DNA from: Marsupella aquatica
Lineage: Eukaryota; Plantae; Marchantiophyta
Assembly: GCA_973895155.1 (NCBI GenBank)
Contig: OZ316893.1
Location: 432,760-496,759, forward strand
DNA: 64,000 nucleotides
Direction of reading: 5' to 3'
The first letter of the stretch is position 1; each line of letters opens with the position of its first letter. Under the pieces are notes generated by a model that had not been told where the DNA came from, did not search any database, and saw only the letters and a list, made by a program, of their open reading frames with translations. This document shows, in pieces, positions 1 through 13,779 of the stretch. The position numbers and the translations under genes are program-made.

Positions 1-794
1 ATAGTGCTCTTTGTTGGTATTTTACTGTAGTTCCTGTGTTCGGTGTTGCGGATGTGAAAATTTTGTTTTCACATTTTTGAATGTGGCGGGGCTTATTCGG
101 GGGATCCTATCCGTTGGGGAAGACTTTTATGTTCATTCGGAAGATTGGTAAAGTGACTCGAAGATTTCTATGTAATGGGGTTGATAAGCACCAGTTTATT
201 GTGTTAGTGGAAACTAAACCGCGAGTGTGGACATCAACTATTGTCTTTCGTCTTAGTGACACGATTGAGAAGGTTATATCGAGTTTGATACTATTGATAA
301 GCAACCTCGGTGCTCACATTGCTTTTCACCAACGCACTCAGCCAGTGGATGCTTTGAAGGAGTAGATAGTGAGAAGAAAAATCACTTGATCTTGAATCAA
401 GGAGTGAGGGATAATTCTTTACAAAAGATTCAGGAGCAGGAGAGGGATCCTCAGTACGGGTCATGCATCCTCAATACAATAGATTCCCCCAAAACCTCAT
501 GACAAATAGAAGTCATCATGACAGAATGTGAAACAATGAACATTTGGACCAAGTTATATGAGGCTAATTCAATAATGAACATCTCAAGACATAACACATT
601 TTGTCTTCACATCAATTCTTGAAATCCTTGATCGTCCCGTCGTGGCGAGACCGACTCTAAATGAAGCATTTGACGGTTTGGTCAAGTCGCTTGCACCCAC
701 GGACAGGTTCAGGTAGAGTGCAATTGCAATACACATTATCATGTCATGAACCATAAACTATCAAAGGGTGTTGATTGTGTAACAAACATACTTT

Positions 795-893
795 GGGGGG
801 TCGATTGGGGCAGATTTGAACATAGGGGGTCGGTTGGGGCAGATTTGAACATAGGGGGTCGATTGGGGCGGATTGGAACATATGGTGTCGATT
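795..893. repeat. Minisatellite, ~3.3 copies of a 29-bp unit (GGGGTCGATTGGGGCAGATTTGAACATAG)
   Basis: Tandem copies read directly in the sequence, with a few substitutions. Confidence 0.85.
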
Positions 894-1410
894 AAGCAAG
901 AAACAGTCCAAAGGGGGTTTATTAAGCATAAACCTCCAATAATTCTAGTGTTTTAGAGGGAAAATTACCGGATTATTGTGTTGTACATTCATCTATTCAT
1001 CTATTTCAGAGTAGGTCTTGAAAGGTTCACAGTAAGTTGTTGTTCTCCGCGACGGTAGGTGTACAATCACCGAATCACGCATCCACTATTCCACATTTCC
1101 ACTGGTTATGGTGGGTCCGTGGGTGCCGACTAGCTCAGTACTTCGTTAATGAACCATATGCAGTACAGGCGCCAGCCCATTGAATCGCGAGGGATCCTCA
1201 TCAGTCATGAACGAGGACATCATCAAGTCATCAACCAGGCCCATGACCGAGAGGGTCTGTCGCGGAGGCTCAACTAAATTACACGAGTACTACTCTGTAG
1301 TAAAATGATTAAGGAAGCAAATCATGTTTGACATGTGCCCAGTGTGCCACAGGTCTAGTTAGAGACTCTTGTAATTCTGAAAATTCAGGGAATACACGTC
1401 ATCTCATAAA

Positions 1411-1570
1411 TTCTTAACCATTGGATCTATGTAATTGGACCATCTAGATTCTTATCATGTGTGAGCACTTGTGTGAACAGTTAGGTGAGACAAAAGTGTC
1501 ACTTCAATTCTCAGCCATTGGATGTTTATGATTGGAGCATCTAGATGCTTTGCATGTGGGAACACTTGTG
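1411..1570. repeat. Two degenerate ~63-bp direct repeats (CCATTGGAT...CATCTAGAT...CACTTGTG), ~97 bp apart
   Basis: Copies at ~1411-1473 and ~1508-1570. Confidence 0.6.
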
Positions 1571-1918
1571 GGACAAAAGTGAGAACTAATGTCAGATTGC
1601 ATTTGTCCATGCATTCATGTCATGCCAAAATAGATGCATGTATATTTCTCTCACATTTTTCTTAACCATACCATGCCAAAGTGAATGAGTGTACAATTAA
1701 CTCCCCCCCCCCCATTCCACGCCTCCACATCTATTCTGCACCAAATCATCATCATCAAACACTACAGTACAAGTTCCACCCCCTAAATCCACCTTTTTTC
1801 TTTAACTTTTGTCCTTTATAAAATGAGGAAAGAGTGTGAGTAAATGGTAGCACTTCATCAAAAAATAAACTTTTTTGGTGCCATCAGATCCACCTAGACA
1901 CTCCTCCCACTACATGAT

Positions 1919-2160
1919 ATTATGCACAACTACCTCAATATCAATCACCCATTTACAATGTTATATAATCCCTATAATCAACCATTAAAGGGCTCTACAA
2001 AAGTATTTGAAGTTTTGGATGATTGGACATTGTTTGAGAATATTTGGGAAGTTTGGGTTGATTGGTATTGAGCTAGTTTTGCATAATATCCAATCACCCA
2101 AAATTCAAATATTTTTGTAGAGCCCTTGCTGGTTAGTTATAGGGATTATATAACATTGTA
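1919..2160. repeat. Interleaved inverted repeats A-B-A'-B' (foldback/MITE-like remnant)
   Basis: 1919-1951 is the near reverse complement of 2054-2087, and 1954-2027 is the near reverse complement of 2089-2160. Confidence 0.75.
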
Positions 2161-3916
2161 AAAAAGAAAACTCAACTAAGATTTCCCCCCAAATCCTTGC
2201 AACACTTAATTGTTCCCATTTCTTAATAAAAATGGGGAATGAAGAAAACTAGTGTTGAAGTTGATGGCAAGCTCAAAAATTCCAAGATGAGTGAGAGAAA
2301 TAAAGGGAAATAAAAAAAAGAAAAACTACTATTATTGATTTGAGGATTTCATCTCAACTTGAACTAAATATATACTTTGCCAATTTTCTTGACATCTTCT
2401 TCCATTGTTGATTAAGGAAACTAGCATAGATAGTTAGCTTGAAGTATTTTGAATGTCTTGAACATCTAACCTGGTTTTTCCATTTGATTGTCGTCCATGT
2501 CCTCTACTGTAAGTGCAACACCCTTTCCAACCCTTGACAGTGGATTGGGTCTCTTACTTTGCTCCCACTCCACCCCTCCTGATTTGAATCCTGGTTGGCT
2601 GGCCCACTCCCAGTTCGCTGTTCAAGGGAGGGAGAGCATATCGGCTAACTGAGGATGGTGACAAACATCCCATTATAAGAAACTCACAAGATCATGTTCA
2701 CCATTGGATGATTCCAAACTAGCCAGAGTTCCTTTGCTTAATCAACGGTGGAAAATGGGTTGGAATGTCATAATTTAACACATTCAAAATAGTGATCGAC
2801 AAAGTATCCATTTCTATCCTTTTGGTTTCCCTCAAGCTTGCATTTGACCTAAGGCTGTAGTACACAACAAGAGCATACAAGTGCCTTCAAATCAAGTTGG
2901 ACTTATTCAGAGTATTTGTAGTAGTGCAATCCATGCATTGACTGGAAAAGTCCAAATATAAATACAAATTCTTCCACAAAGACACAAATAAAGCTTCTTC
3001 CCGCTTAGAAGGTAGTTGTGTCCCAATTTGTGACTATCTTTGGAAAACTAATCAATGGTTAGCTGACCTCAAAATTTAAAACAACTTTGCCCAATTTTAA
3101 TTTCATTTCTATTAATAAAAAAGAACAAATTTCCTAATTTTTTGGCACCAAACATTGCCTTTGGGTAGAGTCCAATTGATAGGGAAATGGTTGTTTGGCA
3201 ACAAACAAATTTTGCCGTTTGGTAGAGTTCAATTGATAGAAAAATGGTTGGAAATTAAAGCTCAATGTTAAAAACACATCCCAACTAGACCCACATACTG
3301 GTTTCATATTCCCAGTGTCCTACACTTGGTAGCGCTCGCTAGAATCTAAAATGGCAAGAAAATCATATTTGAGATGTGCCCAGAATCCCTAAATCACTGT
3401 GCATGAGACTTGCATTACTTTGCAAGTATCATGCATGTAAGACATCAATAAAATATTATTTACCTTGTATTTGCTATGGTTTTTCCAAACATTGAAACTA
3501 CTGTAAACGAATGATCATAGGAATGATCTTTACCCTGTAGTTCTTAAATTTTTCCCACATAAAAAGAATGAAATGAAATTCGGTATGCTCTCTTACATGA
3601 ATCCAATATAATTTATCTATCATAGGTATTTGCAACAAAAATTCGAAGAATAATCTAGTATCATGGAAACGTAAGTTGAAGTTTAGGGTTTAGGGTTAAG
3701 AAGGTTGCGCATTATTTTGCATATAAAGTCATGATTAATTTTAAGATTCTGGAAAATTCTAGTTCTTGGTCTAAACCCTAAATCCAGCCACGCTCGTCCA
3801 TTACCGTCCAACAATACACTCCCATTGTTGACATGAGTGCTTTGATACTTGTTCTTAATTTCCAGTTCATCCTATTGTGACCGTGCAAACCCATTTTCGA
3901 TGACAGGCCAGGTTAA

Positions 3917-4859
3917 TGTCACACCTTATCTGCGTTAATAATTAGTTACCCTAAATGTTGCCCTTAATCGCCCTTAATTAATTCAAAACTAGCAACAATA
4001 CTATTACTTGCAATGTAAAACAACATTCAACATAACCACACGGCAATGCTAGAAACACACATTCGAACCTCCTGGATATGAAAAGTCGTTCAAGCTTGCC
4101 GGTTCTTCACCAACTCGAAGCTTCCATCCTGGTTTTGATTGTCTTTTTTCGTTTCTCATGCATCCACATGAGAAACACCAACTCTGAATTACTTTGGCAC
4201 CGAAGATGGCGAAACTGATAATACTCGCGTGGTTTTATCTTTGTATTTACAAATCCGTCAGGGTTTCACATAAAGAAGTTAAATTTAACAAAGTTACCAG
4301 GGTGGGAATATACGAAAACCATGATAGCATGTTTGTATATACTAAAACAACCCAGGCGGACTCGGACTGGTGCGCCGACTCGGATAATTATTATCCCGGG
4401 GTTTAGGGTACGAATTGCACGGAACCCCATGAATTTATGATTTAGGGTGGGAAATGGCAGTATATGATGCACGAAATAGAGATTCTGGACATGCACAAAA
4501 ACCCGTTGGCCCGTTGAACAACGGAGAGTATGTACTCTGTAGAGTCATAGAGTGGAGAAGGAGGCCAGAGTGCAACTGGAGGAGTAATTATTCTTATTGA
4601 CCATTGGCTGAACTATTGTACTACCGTAGAACTTTGAGTTTCTCCGCATACTATTCTGCGCATACTATTTGGGTACCGTCTACAAACACTCGTTAGTTCT
4701 TGTTAGGTATAGAATTATACAGTATACTATCATCAATGGCTCCCTCTATCTTTATTCTCTCCTAACTCACTTTCAATGTGTTTGTTTTTTCTTCTTTTTT
4801 CTTCTTTCTCTTTTTTAACTTCTGTTTTCCTATGGGTGAGAGATGGGTCACCTGTGACA
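3917..4859 (-). mobile_element. Possible LTR (TGTCACA...TGTGACA termini)
   Basis: 7-bp inverted termini. A purine tract GGAAAGAG abuts the minus-strand start at 4860-4867, like a polypurine tract. No TSD or second copy found. Confidence 0.3.
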
Positions 4860-6481
4860 CTCTTTCCAAGGTGCTGAACTAGTATATGGGTCCAAACTCA
4901 ATTCTTTCACGTAATTTATATAGCCAAAGTACATTCAGAGTAGTGTTGTAAATTTGTATTAAATTTATGTGCATTAAATTAAATTTATAAGAATGACATC
5001 AAAGCTCATCTACAATAACAAGATTATGCCATAAGAAAAATGATGGCTTGGATTGAGCCATTAGTTATAACTATCTGTAATTTGATCTTGGGCAACTTAG
5101 TTTGAAGATTCAATTTGTTAATACATACTAGTAAAAGAAAATTCTCATCATTATCCTAATATCATGGCAAGTGGATTCCAAGCTCTTTTCTTTGCATACT
5201 TTCCTCACAAAAATACAAGGCCTACACTCTGTCCCCCCAACGGGCCCAACCAGGTTTTAATTTTTGCATAGGCAAGGGTAGTTTGGGTACATGATACCTT
5301 CAAGAATGTAATCCATGATGACATCCTATTATGTGCTGATTGTTACTAAGAACGAAAGGCAAGATCAAGGCTAATGAATGCCATTAGCCTTTATTAACCC
5401 AGTACGTGACTGCCCGCTGCCCAGTATTTCTAACGTTACATGGTTTACATGGTTTTAATTAATTGTTTACATGGTTGTGAATTATTACCATGTCAGATAT
5501 AAAATTGGAAGATGAAAGAGGACAATAAAGATGTGCGTTCCGAACTTGGTGTCACTCTCTAATTAGTCAATTTGGCCCCGGCCCTGAGAGAACCACAAAA
5601 CAAGTTGTTAGAGGAAGAGTTTTACACATGTTTTTGATGCAGAGAGATATTAGATGAATTCTTTATCATGATGTATCACTCACTTCAAGATAACTCCTGG
5701 TTTTTAATCAATACTTGAAAAATGTCATCAGTCATATCTGAAACATGACTTTCATCCGCGTAATCAAGCGTAGAATATTTCAACAGTTCACTTTAACACT
5801 TCATCTACTACTACTACCCTTCGGTCATGGGCCTGGTATTTGAGAGTTTGCAAAAAGGAATTTCTTGCAACAGTAGTAGCATTGTTGTTGTTGTTCACAA
5901 TACTGCCCCTACGGTAGCGATACAATAATGTTGTATGCACTAACAACGGTGGGGGCCGGTTTAGGGTCCTTATTATTATGATGACACTCACGGGTACAGC
6001 CGTCGGCCCATTGAATTGCGATGGACCGTCTTTCCAAATAAGGGCGAATGACTCTGACAAGGGTAATAAATGATAGGTTGCATTGATTAGTCCTGCCGCC
6101 AGCTGCCAGGCACAGTTATGTAATTCAGGCTCAAGCTGCATTTGCCATCACCAGGTCCGAGGCGTGGTTATAAAGCGTCTCACTTGGCCGGGCAGGACAT
6201 GTTAACTAAAATAAACCAATGAGCGTGTTAGTAGCCGCCTCCGAGAATTTGTTATACGGACCCGAAGTGTCCCCTTACACGCTCGTAACCTGGGAGTACG
6301 AATGGTGCTCTGCCGCCATCCCGAACGTAAATGCTCCTTATTAACTAATGATTCCCTAGTCATAAGTACTACCTACTTAGTGTCATTATGCTAATAACTA
6401 CGGCCTATGATACCCCTAATGAGTGTGCTAAGCACGAGCTAGGCCAAATCAATCATTAACCACCGTGCTGGCGGCGTCACA

Positions 6482-7529
6482 CACCGACAACATTCATGTA
6501 TATTTGCAACTTGGTTAGAGAAGATATGACCACACATCCCCCACCTGGCCTTCGCGATTTGACAAATAGAACATTGTCTGTTGAGCGTCAGGTTGCCATA
6601 GCCCTCTGTCGCTTTCCAGTGGTTGTTTGTTGTTGACGCTTTCAGAGATGTTTGGGGTTTCCGTGCCATGCATATCGGATACTGTTTGGCAATTTGTTAG
6701 GGCTTTAATTATGCGAGCAAGGAGAACACATTTGAGTTAACCACAAGGAGAAGCCATGGCAAGAGTGAAAGAAGAATTTTGCCAACTACAAGGATTACCA
6801 AATTGTTGTGGTGCAATAGACGACACTCATTTTCAAGTGGAGCTACCGCCTAGAACAAATTCCAATGATTACCGTGATTACAAGAATGGTCAGAGCATTT
6901 CTATGCAAGCTATCTGTGATAGTCGTCTTTGATTTTTGGATGTCTTTTTAGGATGGCCCGGTAGCATACAAGACTCTCGCCTTCTATGGGTGTCCGGATT
7001 TTTTGACGATGTTACAGTACACCACACAAAACTCTCACGTCCCATGTTTACATCACATACACGATTTTGTACAAGGGAGTACATTATTGGTGATGCAGGT
7101 TATCCTGCATATCCTTGGTTGCTAAACCCTTTCCCCGGTGCAAGAGAGCATAGCCGTAAGAGAGAATTTAACTACATGCTTAGCTCAACTAGGATGTGCG
7201 TAGAGCGTGCTTTTGGTCAGTTGGAAAATAGCTGGAGATTTATTTCATGCAAAATGTATTGTCCCTCTCCTTATCGATTGCCACATTATGTTACTTGTGC
7301 ATGCATTCTACACAATATTCGTATTGATCATGGAGATGTGTATGATCCAGCTTGGGGATTAGATGCAGACCCTCCTTATGAACCTGGAGGCCCTCCAGCT
7401 GGAGATCATAGTTTTGGTAATGGACGTAGACATCGTGTTGCAATGATGAACTATTTGTTGCCTGAGAGAGAATGGGAGCAGGAACGACAAAGACGTCGGA
7501 CTACCCCAAGGGATAATTATACATTGTGA
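6482..7529 (+). pseudogene. PIF/Harbinger (HARBI1-like, DDE_Tnp_4) transposase, 5'-truncated and disrupted
   Basis: Motifs LSVERQVAIAL, GLPNCCGAIDDTH, GWPGSIQDSR, IGDAGYP, FNYMLSSTRMCVERAFGQL and ACILHN. There are two in-frame stops and a frameshift upstream of ORF 6936-7529. Confidence 0.92.
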
Positions 7530-8120
7530 CTATTTATGTTTTCAAATGCAAATGTTGTAGGCAAGTTGAAATAAAATTTTCAATTGAAAAGTGCATGAAA
7601 GTGTCATCATAGTTTTTTTGCAATTCCATGCAACTGTTAATTGAAGTACTAGACCCTAAGTACTACACTTGATAAATACAAACTAGCCAAGTGCTACTCT
7701 ACTCGGGACTCTACTGTAAAGGTCGTGAAGAACTTGCAAGCTTCTCCATAAGGGCATTAGTCAAACGTGTCATCTGCTTGGATGTTGTCTTCATTGTTGT
7801 ACTCAAAGTTCTCTCTAGTCGCTCTCGGATTTCATACTCACATTCTCGCATGCAAGAATCATGTTCTTGGATATGAACATCACGCTTGGCCGTAGAAGCC
7901 ATCTCAGCACAACTGTTTGCCATGGTTCTCAAATGCGCTTGTTTATCACTACCAGACTTGGTTGCCTTTCGCTTCACACCTCTCTTGCTTGGGCCAGAAA
8001 AGTCCTGAGGGGTTGATGGTTCTCTCACTCCACCGGTATTCTCGACATTGTGTGACTGCATACCCTCGTGTGTTGGTCCTGGGCAGTATTCTTGGTTGGT
8101 AGGGATAGACATGAACCTCA

Positions 8121-11100
8121 TGTGGTGCGTCCCATGGCTCCCTAAACCCAAGAAACCCCCCAGCTCAAGCCGATTCCCGCGGGTTTCGCGCTTGGCGAGG
8201 CCGTTTCTGCGGCTTAGCGGCATGGGACGCTGCTAACCTTCTACTACTACTATTAACATTTTACACACATATACTGGACAGATCCTTCATCGGGTCATGA
8301 GATACGTAGCCGGCCTAATCTAGGCCTTCCCCTGTCTTCCCCTCCGTCTTGTTAGGTATGTTTGGATTCCGCCGCCGGAATGATCCCCAATAGGCTTGGT
8401 TAAGCCGCTAAGACCTCTCTCAGCTCGACACATCCAACTCTCACTCCCCTGCTTACTTTCCTTCCTTTTGGTTGATGTGGGCACTCTTCACACAAGTTAA
8501 TGCGACACACAAATAGCAAAATGACTCATTCTGATTGAGTCATACCATGCACTTGCCATACAAACAGTACATCTCATACACAAGCTCTGCGAACTAAGCC
8601 GTGAGGCCAACTCTATTCAGCTCTTAGGCATGAGGAAACATGAATATACACAAGGGTCACTGTATGACTAACCGAGAGCTTCTCGTACTACTTGATCCCA
8701 GCCCGGCTGGTGCAAACTAAAAACTTGCTAAAGAAGAGGCCCTGAGCTCCCCGCTGCCCAGGTACTTATCCTGGTAGTGGATCCGCCATTCTTTGCATCG
8801 TAAGCCTAATCTACTTAACAGTAATCTACTTGCCCGAATCTACCTATGTACAGCAAGGCAGGAGCACAAGTGTTGCTCCTACCAGTGGGACCGCAATCCC
8901 ACTAAGCTAAGTGTCAGGGCCGCTCCTAGTCCTGATCCTAATCCTAAACTTGGAGATCCGCGCCCGCCCTGCCCACTCACGCCTCCTCCCTCCATGTCCG
9001 CCCTCCCTAAAAGGAACGGCGCCCTTGCACCGTCACGACACCGGTGGTGGATCCTTAATGGACGCCCCCAACGCTTCCTCCTCAGCCACTGCCGTAGGCT
9101 CATTCCCTGACAGATTACCTGCCCTTGACTGAGTCAACTCTCCATCGGCCTGACTGGGTCCACCATCGGCGTCGGCATCGGCTCGGGAATCGGTTACAGC
9201 CTCAGCCTCGGCTACGGTCTCCCCGGCCTGCTCAAGAGGCGGATCTGGAATACCGGCCTCATTACTGAGTAGTTCGGCTTGGGCCGCACCACCCCCACCT
9301 GTGATGATAGCGGGATCTATTGCCGTATTCATGCCGGAGGATGGTGCTGGTTCTACCTCTTTGGTCACCACGGCTTGTGGAGTCGGATTACTCTTTGACC
9401 CAGAAGGTTTCCGTTTTTTCTTCTTTTCTGGTTCGGCAGCTGGTCCCTTCCCCTTCCCACTTACTTCCGGCACTGGTGCAGTTGGCGCGGCTTTTTCTTC
9501 GGCCAGTACCACTCCTGGTAACTTGGTTGCCCCAATTGGAGTTGGGCCTGATGAAGACAAGCACTTAAATACTGCGGCTTGTTTCTTCAGCCGCTCCATT
9601 TGGTTGTCGGCCCGCCGCTGGAGGTTCTCCATCTTCCTCGTGATTTCCTCCAACTCCTCCTAGGTCTCATCCAGGTCCTTGCGTGCCTCCTCTAGTTCCT
9701 TCTGGGCTTCCTCCCGTTCTTGTTTCAAGGTAGTCCTCTCCTCCCGGGTTGCTCTTAGCTCCTTGTCGAGCTCTGCAATGATGACAGACTCCATCTGGTT
9801 CATCTTGGCGTAAGTCTGTTCGAGCATCTCGTCCTTCTCCCTTAGGTCGGCCTTGAAGCTGGCCGCCAGGGACGCAAGCTCCTACTGCAGCGCCATAATC
9901 CCTTGATAGGATTTCCCTAACTCGGCCTCCTTCTGCTCAAGGGCTCCGCGGATTTTCTCGAGCTCCCCCTTCAACGCCCATTCCTTTCTTTGGGTCTCCG
10001 CCATGGCCCGACTGTTGGCTGTTATGTGGGCCTCCTCTGTATTCTTCAGCTCTTGCTTCCACTTCTCCCTCTCTTTGATCGTGTCGGCCAACTCTCCCTG
10101 CATCTGAGTCAGTTTATCCTTGATATTCTGATTATCAGCCTGCGCGGTGTCCAACTGCCCCTGCATGATGTTCAGCTCATGTCGTTTAATCCGCAGTTCA
10201 TCTTGGGCTTTCTTGGCCGCCCTTAGATCTTCAATCTCGGCTTCCATCCTCCTAAGCCGCCGAATGACCTCGTCCTTCTTGCTTCTCTCTAAAGCCACCG
10301 CTTCTTCTAATTGGTGCTTCTCCAACTGCTCCCTATGGAAAAAGGGTCCTACCTCCAAGTCCTCTCCAAAGATGCCGAGCGCAAGTTCCCCACACATCTC
10401 ACCATACTCCATGGCTCTATTCTTAGCGTAGGTGGAGTAAGTAGAAGTGATCGGCATCGCCCATCGCGGCCTCTGCTCCCAAGCCGTCCTGCGGATCTCT
10501 TCAATCGTGGCTAGAGGTTTGCTTCCTTTTTCGGCTAGCCGCCTGATGTCCTCCGGCCAATCTCCTCCTGGTAAATCCTTTTCCCTAGCCAGGGCTGCCT
10601 CCTCTTCCTGCCTAATTCGCTCCTGAAATTCCTGCACCGTCTATTTTATGCCGTCGAAGTTTGGGGGAGCAACATCTGGTGGGGGAGACTCAGGGCTACT
10701 CTGCTGGTTGGGGTCCCCTCGCACTACCCTTGGAAGTGTGGGGACAAACCGGCCACAGGTCCTTACTCCTGGAACGTGATGGTCCGACCCATAGCCGGAA
10801 TTATCATGGCTGCAGTCCTCCATTGCCTCCTCTACTTCTTGGACGTCCGGCTTCTCCCTCTCCTCTTCGTCGGTAGGAGCTTCAGGCAATTCTGCCTCAG
10901 ATTCGGAGCTTGAGATTCCCACGTACATTCGAACACCTGGCTTGGATTCCGGCCTGATTCTCTCCTTGTCTCCAGCAAAGGGTTTTCTCTTGTGAGCCGG
11001 TGTAGGCCTACCTCTGTAGTAGTGTCCTGCATTGTTGCCGTTGCCGTTGTTGTTGCCGATGCCGATTTCTTTTCTTTCTCCAGTAGGTTCACCAGACTCT

Positions 11101-12782
11101 GCATGCCTGGTTGCTGCATCGGCAAGTCCTCCTTCTTGGGCCTAAACACCTGCTCGATCGTAGGGCTAACAGGTGGTTGAGGCTTCTCAGCCAACGGTCT
11201 CGGCGTTGGAGCTTCCTCGGGTGCCCTTACCTGCAGGGGAAGTACTGGGGCAAAAGTCTGACCTCTGGCATACCGGCACAACAGCGGCATGTGATAGCCA
11301 AGCCGTGACACGCTCCCCATGCCGATTACCTACTGCTCCTCCTTTAAGATCTTCTTCAATTGGTTGAGGAGGTACCCGTTGTAGGCCCGGCTTGGGTCTG
11401 GCCTTTCTGCCAGATAGACCTGTGCCTTGCCGATCTCTGCCCTCGGCAAGTTACAATGCATGGTCACCCGCAAGAAGTCGATCATCTCTCCTATGTGCGG
11501 GTTGGTGCAGGTGTTCCGGAAGAAGCCATTCTTCGTTGATGGCCCGGGGAACGACCGGAACTCCTTGTCAGGCAAGGTCTTCCTGGTATCAACTTTGGTC
11601 TTATTGCCTATCGGCAAGCCAAACACTTCGGCAATTACCTTGGGAGTAAGATAGAAATCCTTCCCATATATCCTCGTGCAATTGGTCTCGGGTTCCCATG
11701 ACCCCACGAATTCTAATAGGTCTGACTCCGGTACCTCCGGCTTCAGCCATGGTAATCTTACAAAGGCCTCCAAGCCGGATCCGGCCATGAAGCCTTGGTA
11801 CTTCTTGGTCTGCATGGCCGTAAAGCATGCATCCTCCTCCCGTGCAAAATGTAGTTGCACCTCCACCGGTAGGGTTGCCGCCCAGCCCTTCCAGGTGTCA
11901 TCCCTGGTTGGAATGGCCTTGATGGGATCGACCTCCTCCTCTTCGGCTTCTCCCTGCCTCCTGCTCTGCTGCTCGGCTGGCTTCTTTGGTGCCGCCAACC
12001 TCGTTCTTTTTGCCGGGGTGGCTTCATCGTTGACGGCTCCCTTCCTCTTCATCTCTGCTGCCGTGGAGGTTTCTCCTAGCACCGTTGCCTGGGTCCACCT
12101 TTCCGTGCTACCCTTTAATTCCCAGTGTATGTCGTTGCAGTTCTTGATGGCCTCTCGGATGCCGACGATGCTGTCTTTGCAAAATAGAAGATCATCGAGT
12201 TGATTGGAAGTAGGCATCCACAGGAACTCATCCTTGATGAGTTCGCCTCCTAAGAAAGCCGTCTTCTGCAGCTCCCACAATCGAGCGAGCTCCTGCCGTT
12301 CTCGAGCTGCCCTTTCTGATTCCTCGTCCTCGTAAGTCTTGATGTACTCAGTTGCCCGTTCGAACAGGCATCCCCAGAAATGTGCCGCTTGATTGACGTT
12401 GCTCATACCCTCCTTAGGTTGATCGTCGGTATCTACTCTCTCCCCGAGTGCTTGCCTAAGCAGCTGACAGTAGTTGGCCTCCCGTAGTCGTCTGCCTAGT
12501 TCGTGCTCGCAAATGAGCCACCATCTCCTGCAAGCGCTCCTTACCCCTCTCCTCTGCCGGTCCTTCTTCCCGTTGATCCTTCCTAGCCGCCGACGCTTAA
12601 AGCGCCCTAACCCTAATCGAGTTTTCACCCTCAGCGTCCTTACCTCCGGCCTCGGCCCGGGTTCCATGGTTGCCCCTAATGGTTTATATTTTCCTTGTTT
12701 TGTCCCTATACTAAGGTGTTCCTAGGGTGCCTTCCTGGTTTACCCACTTAACTGGCCGAGTGATTCCTGTCTAGGCATCACA
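8121..12782. mobile_element. 4,662-bp TG...CA element with 5-bp TSD (solo-LTR-like)
   Basis: CCTCA at 8116-8120 and 12783-12787. Termini TGTGGTGC.../...GCATCACA are imperfect inverted repeats. No internal direct repeat and no RT or integrase motif seen. Confidence 0.8.
9033..12667 (-). pseudogene. Broken ~1,200-codon ORF: retrotransposon accessory-type domain, long coiled coil and acidic/Ala-rich tail
   Basis: ORFs 11330-12667, 10832-11320, 10641-10928, 9882-10637 and 9033-9653 join through four in-frame TAG codons (11330, 10641, 9882, ~9660) and one frameshift. EFVGSW...RIYGKDFYLTPKVIAEVFGLP resembles extra ORFs of plant Ty3/gypsy elements. Confidence 0.65.
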
Positions 12783-13779
12783 CCTCAACATCATCATCAC
12801 CTGCAAATGACATAATGTACTTGTTGTACTATTTAATAAAGGAAAGATATAGGTGTTGAAAAGGGGACAATAATTTCAGCGCAAAATAAAATCTGTGATA
12901 AAATATCACAGAATCACTTGCATAAAAAAATACCAAAATATAGCTACACCATGCAAAAATAAACCAATGTAGAGGCAAAAGTAAGTAAGTTCTTACTCTC
13001 TAATGATAAATCAAACGGATTCTCCTGTGCATTTTGGTCCATAGAAGAAATGTCAGAGATGAACTTTTTAGGTGGAGTGCCCGGTGGAGTGACGCGTGGA
13101 ATATTTGCATACCACTCCAACAATTGCTCATACAGATCAACAGAAAAATTAGTGGGGAATCGATGGTCGCGTTGGTCCTTGTCACCCATGTTAAAGTAAG
13201 AAACCTGCCCAGTTTTCTCCTTCTTTTCATAGTCATAAATTGTTTTAACTTGTTCTCAATAAGCTGCCACTTCTTCTTACAAGAGTTTGGATCTCGAGTA
13301 GGATTAGTGTACCCCTCATCCACCATAAACTTTGCCACTACTTTCCATTTCAACTTGCTACTAGTCATTTTTTTCTGTGTTGAGCCTTCCATAATGACAG
13401 TGTGAGAGGTTTTTTGCCGTGACAGGAAACATTAACAGGAAACAGGAAATGGTAACAGTAAAATAAGTGAGGAAATTTACACAATATTTGTGACATCCAT
13501 CAATAAAAAGGGTGTATAAAAATGCCGAGTATATTAGTAGTGCTTGGCGCTACTTTAAAATGTGTGTTACATGGTAGCAAAAACACAAAGCCCGATGACA
13601 ATACAAAATCTTAAGAGATACAGCGAGCAGAAAAACGGCTAAAGAACTGGGATGTAGTAAGCTCGCAAGAAAACATGGAGAACCGAGACTACAACCTAAC
13701 ACCTTCAATCTCCGATGGCGGTAGCGCCAGGCGCTACTATCGCAAAAGTCTTTAAGAAGACTCCATCTTTCAAACAATC

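Noticed and set aside
3330-3341. TAGCGCTCGCTA as a 17th palindrome copy
   Set aside because: It is 12 bp with the wrong spacing and lies outside the element.
3682-3695. Telomeric array (TTTAGGG x2)
   Set aside because: Only two units; such telo-box-like words are scattered through the window.
81-6141. Short ORFs in the first 6 kb (e.g. 81-365, 4194-4406, 5788-6141)
   Set aside because: No recognisable domains; consistent with chance ORFs in decayed repeats.
8793-12725. Plus-strand ORFs overlapping the long minus-strand ORF (and similar antisense ORFs over the other TE genes)
   Set aside because: These are shadow frames of GC-rich coding sequence on the opposite strand.
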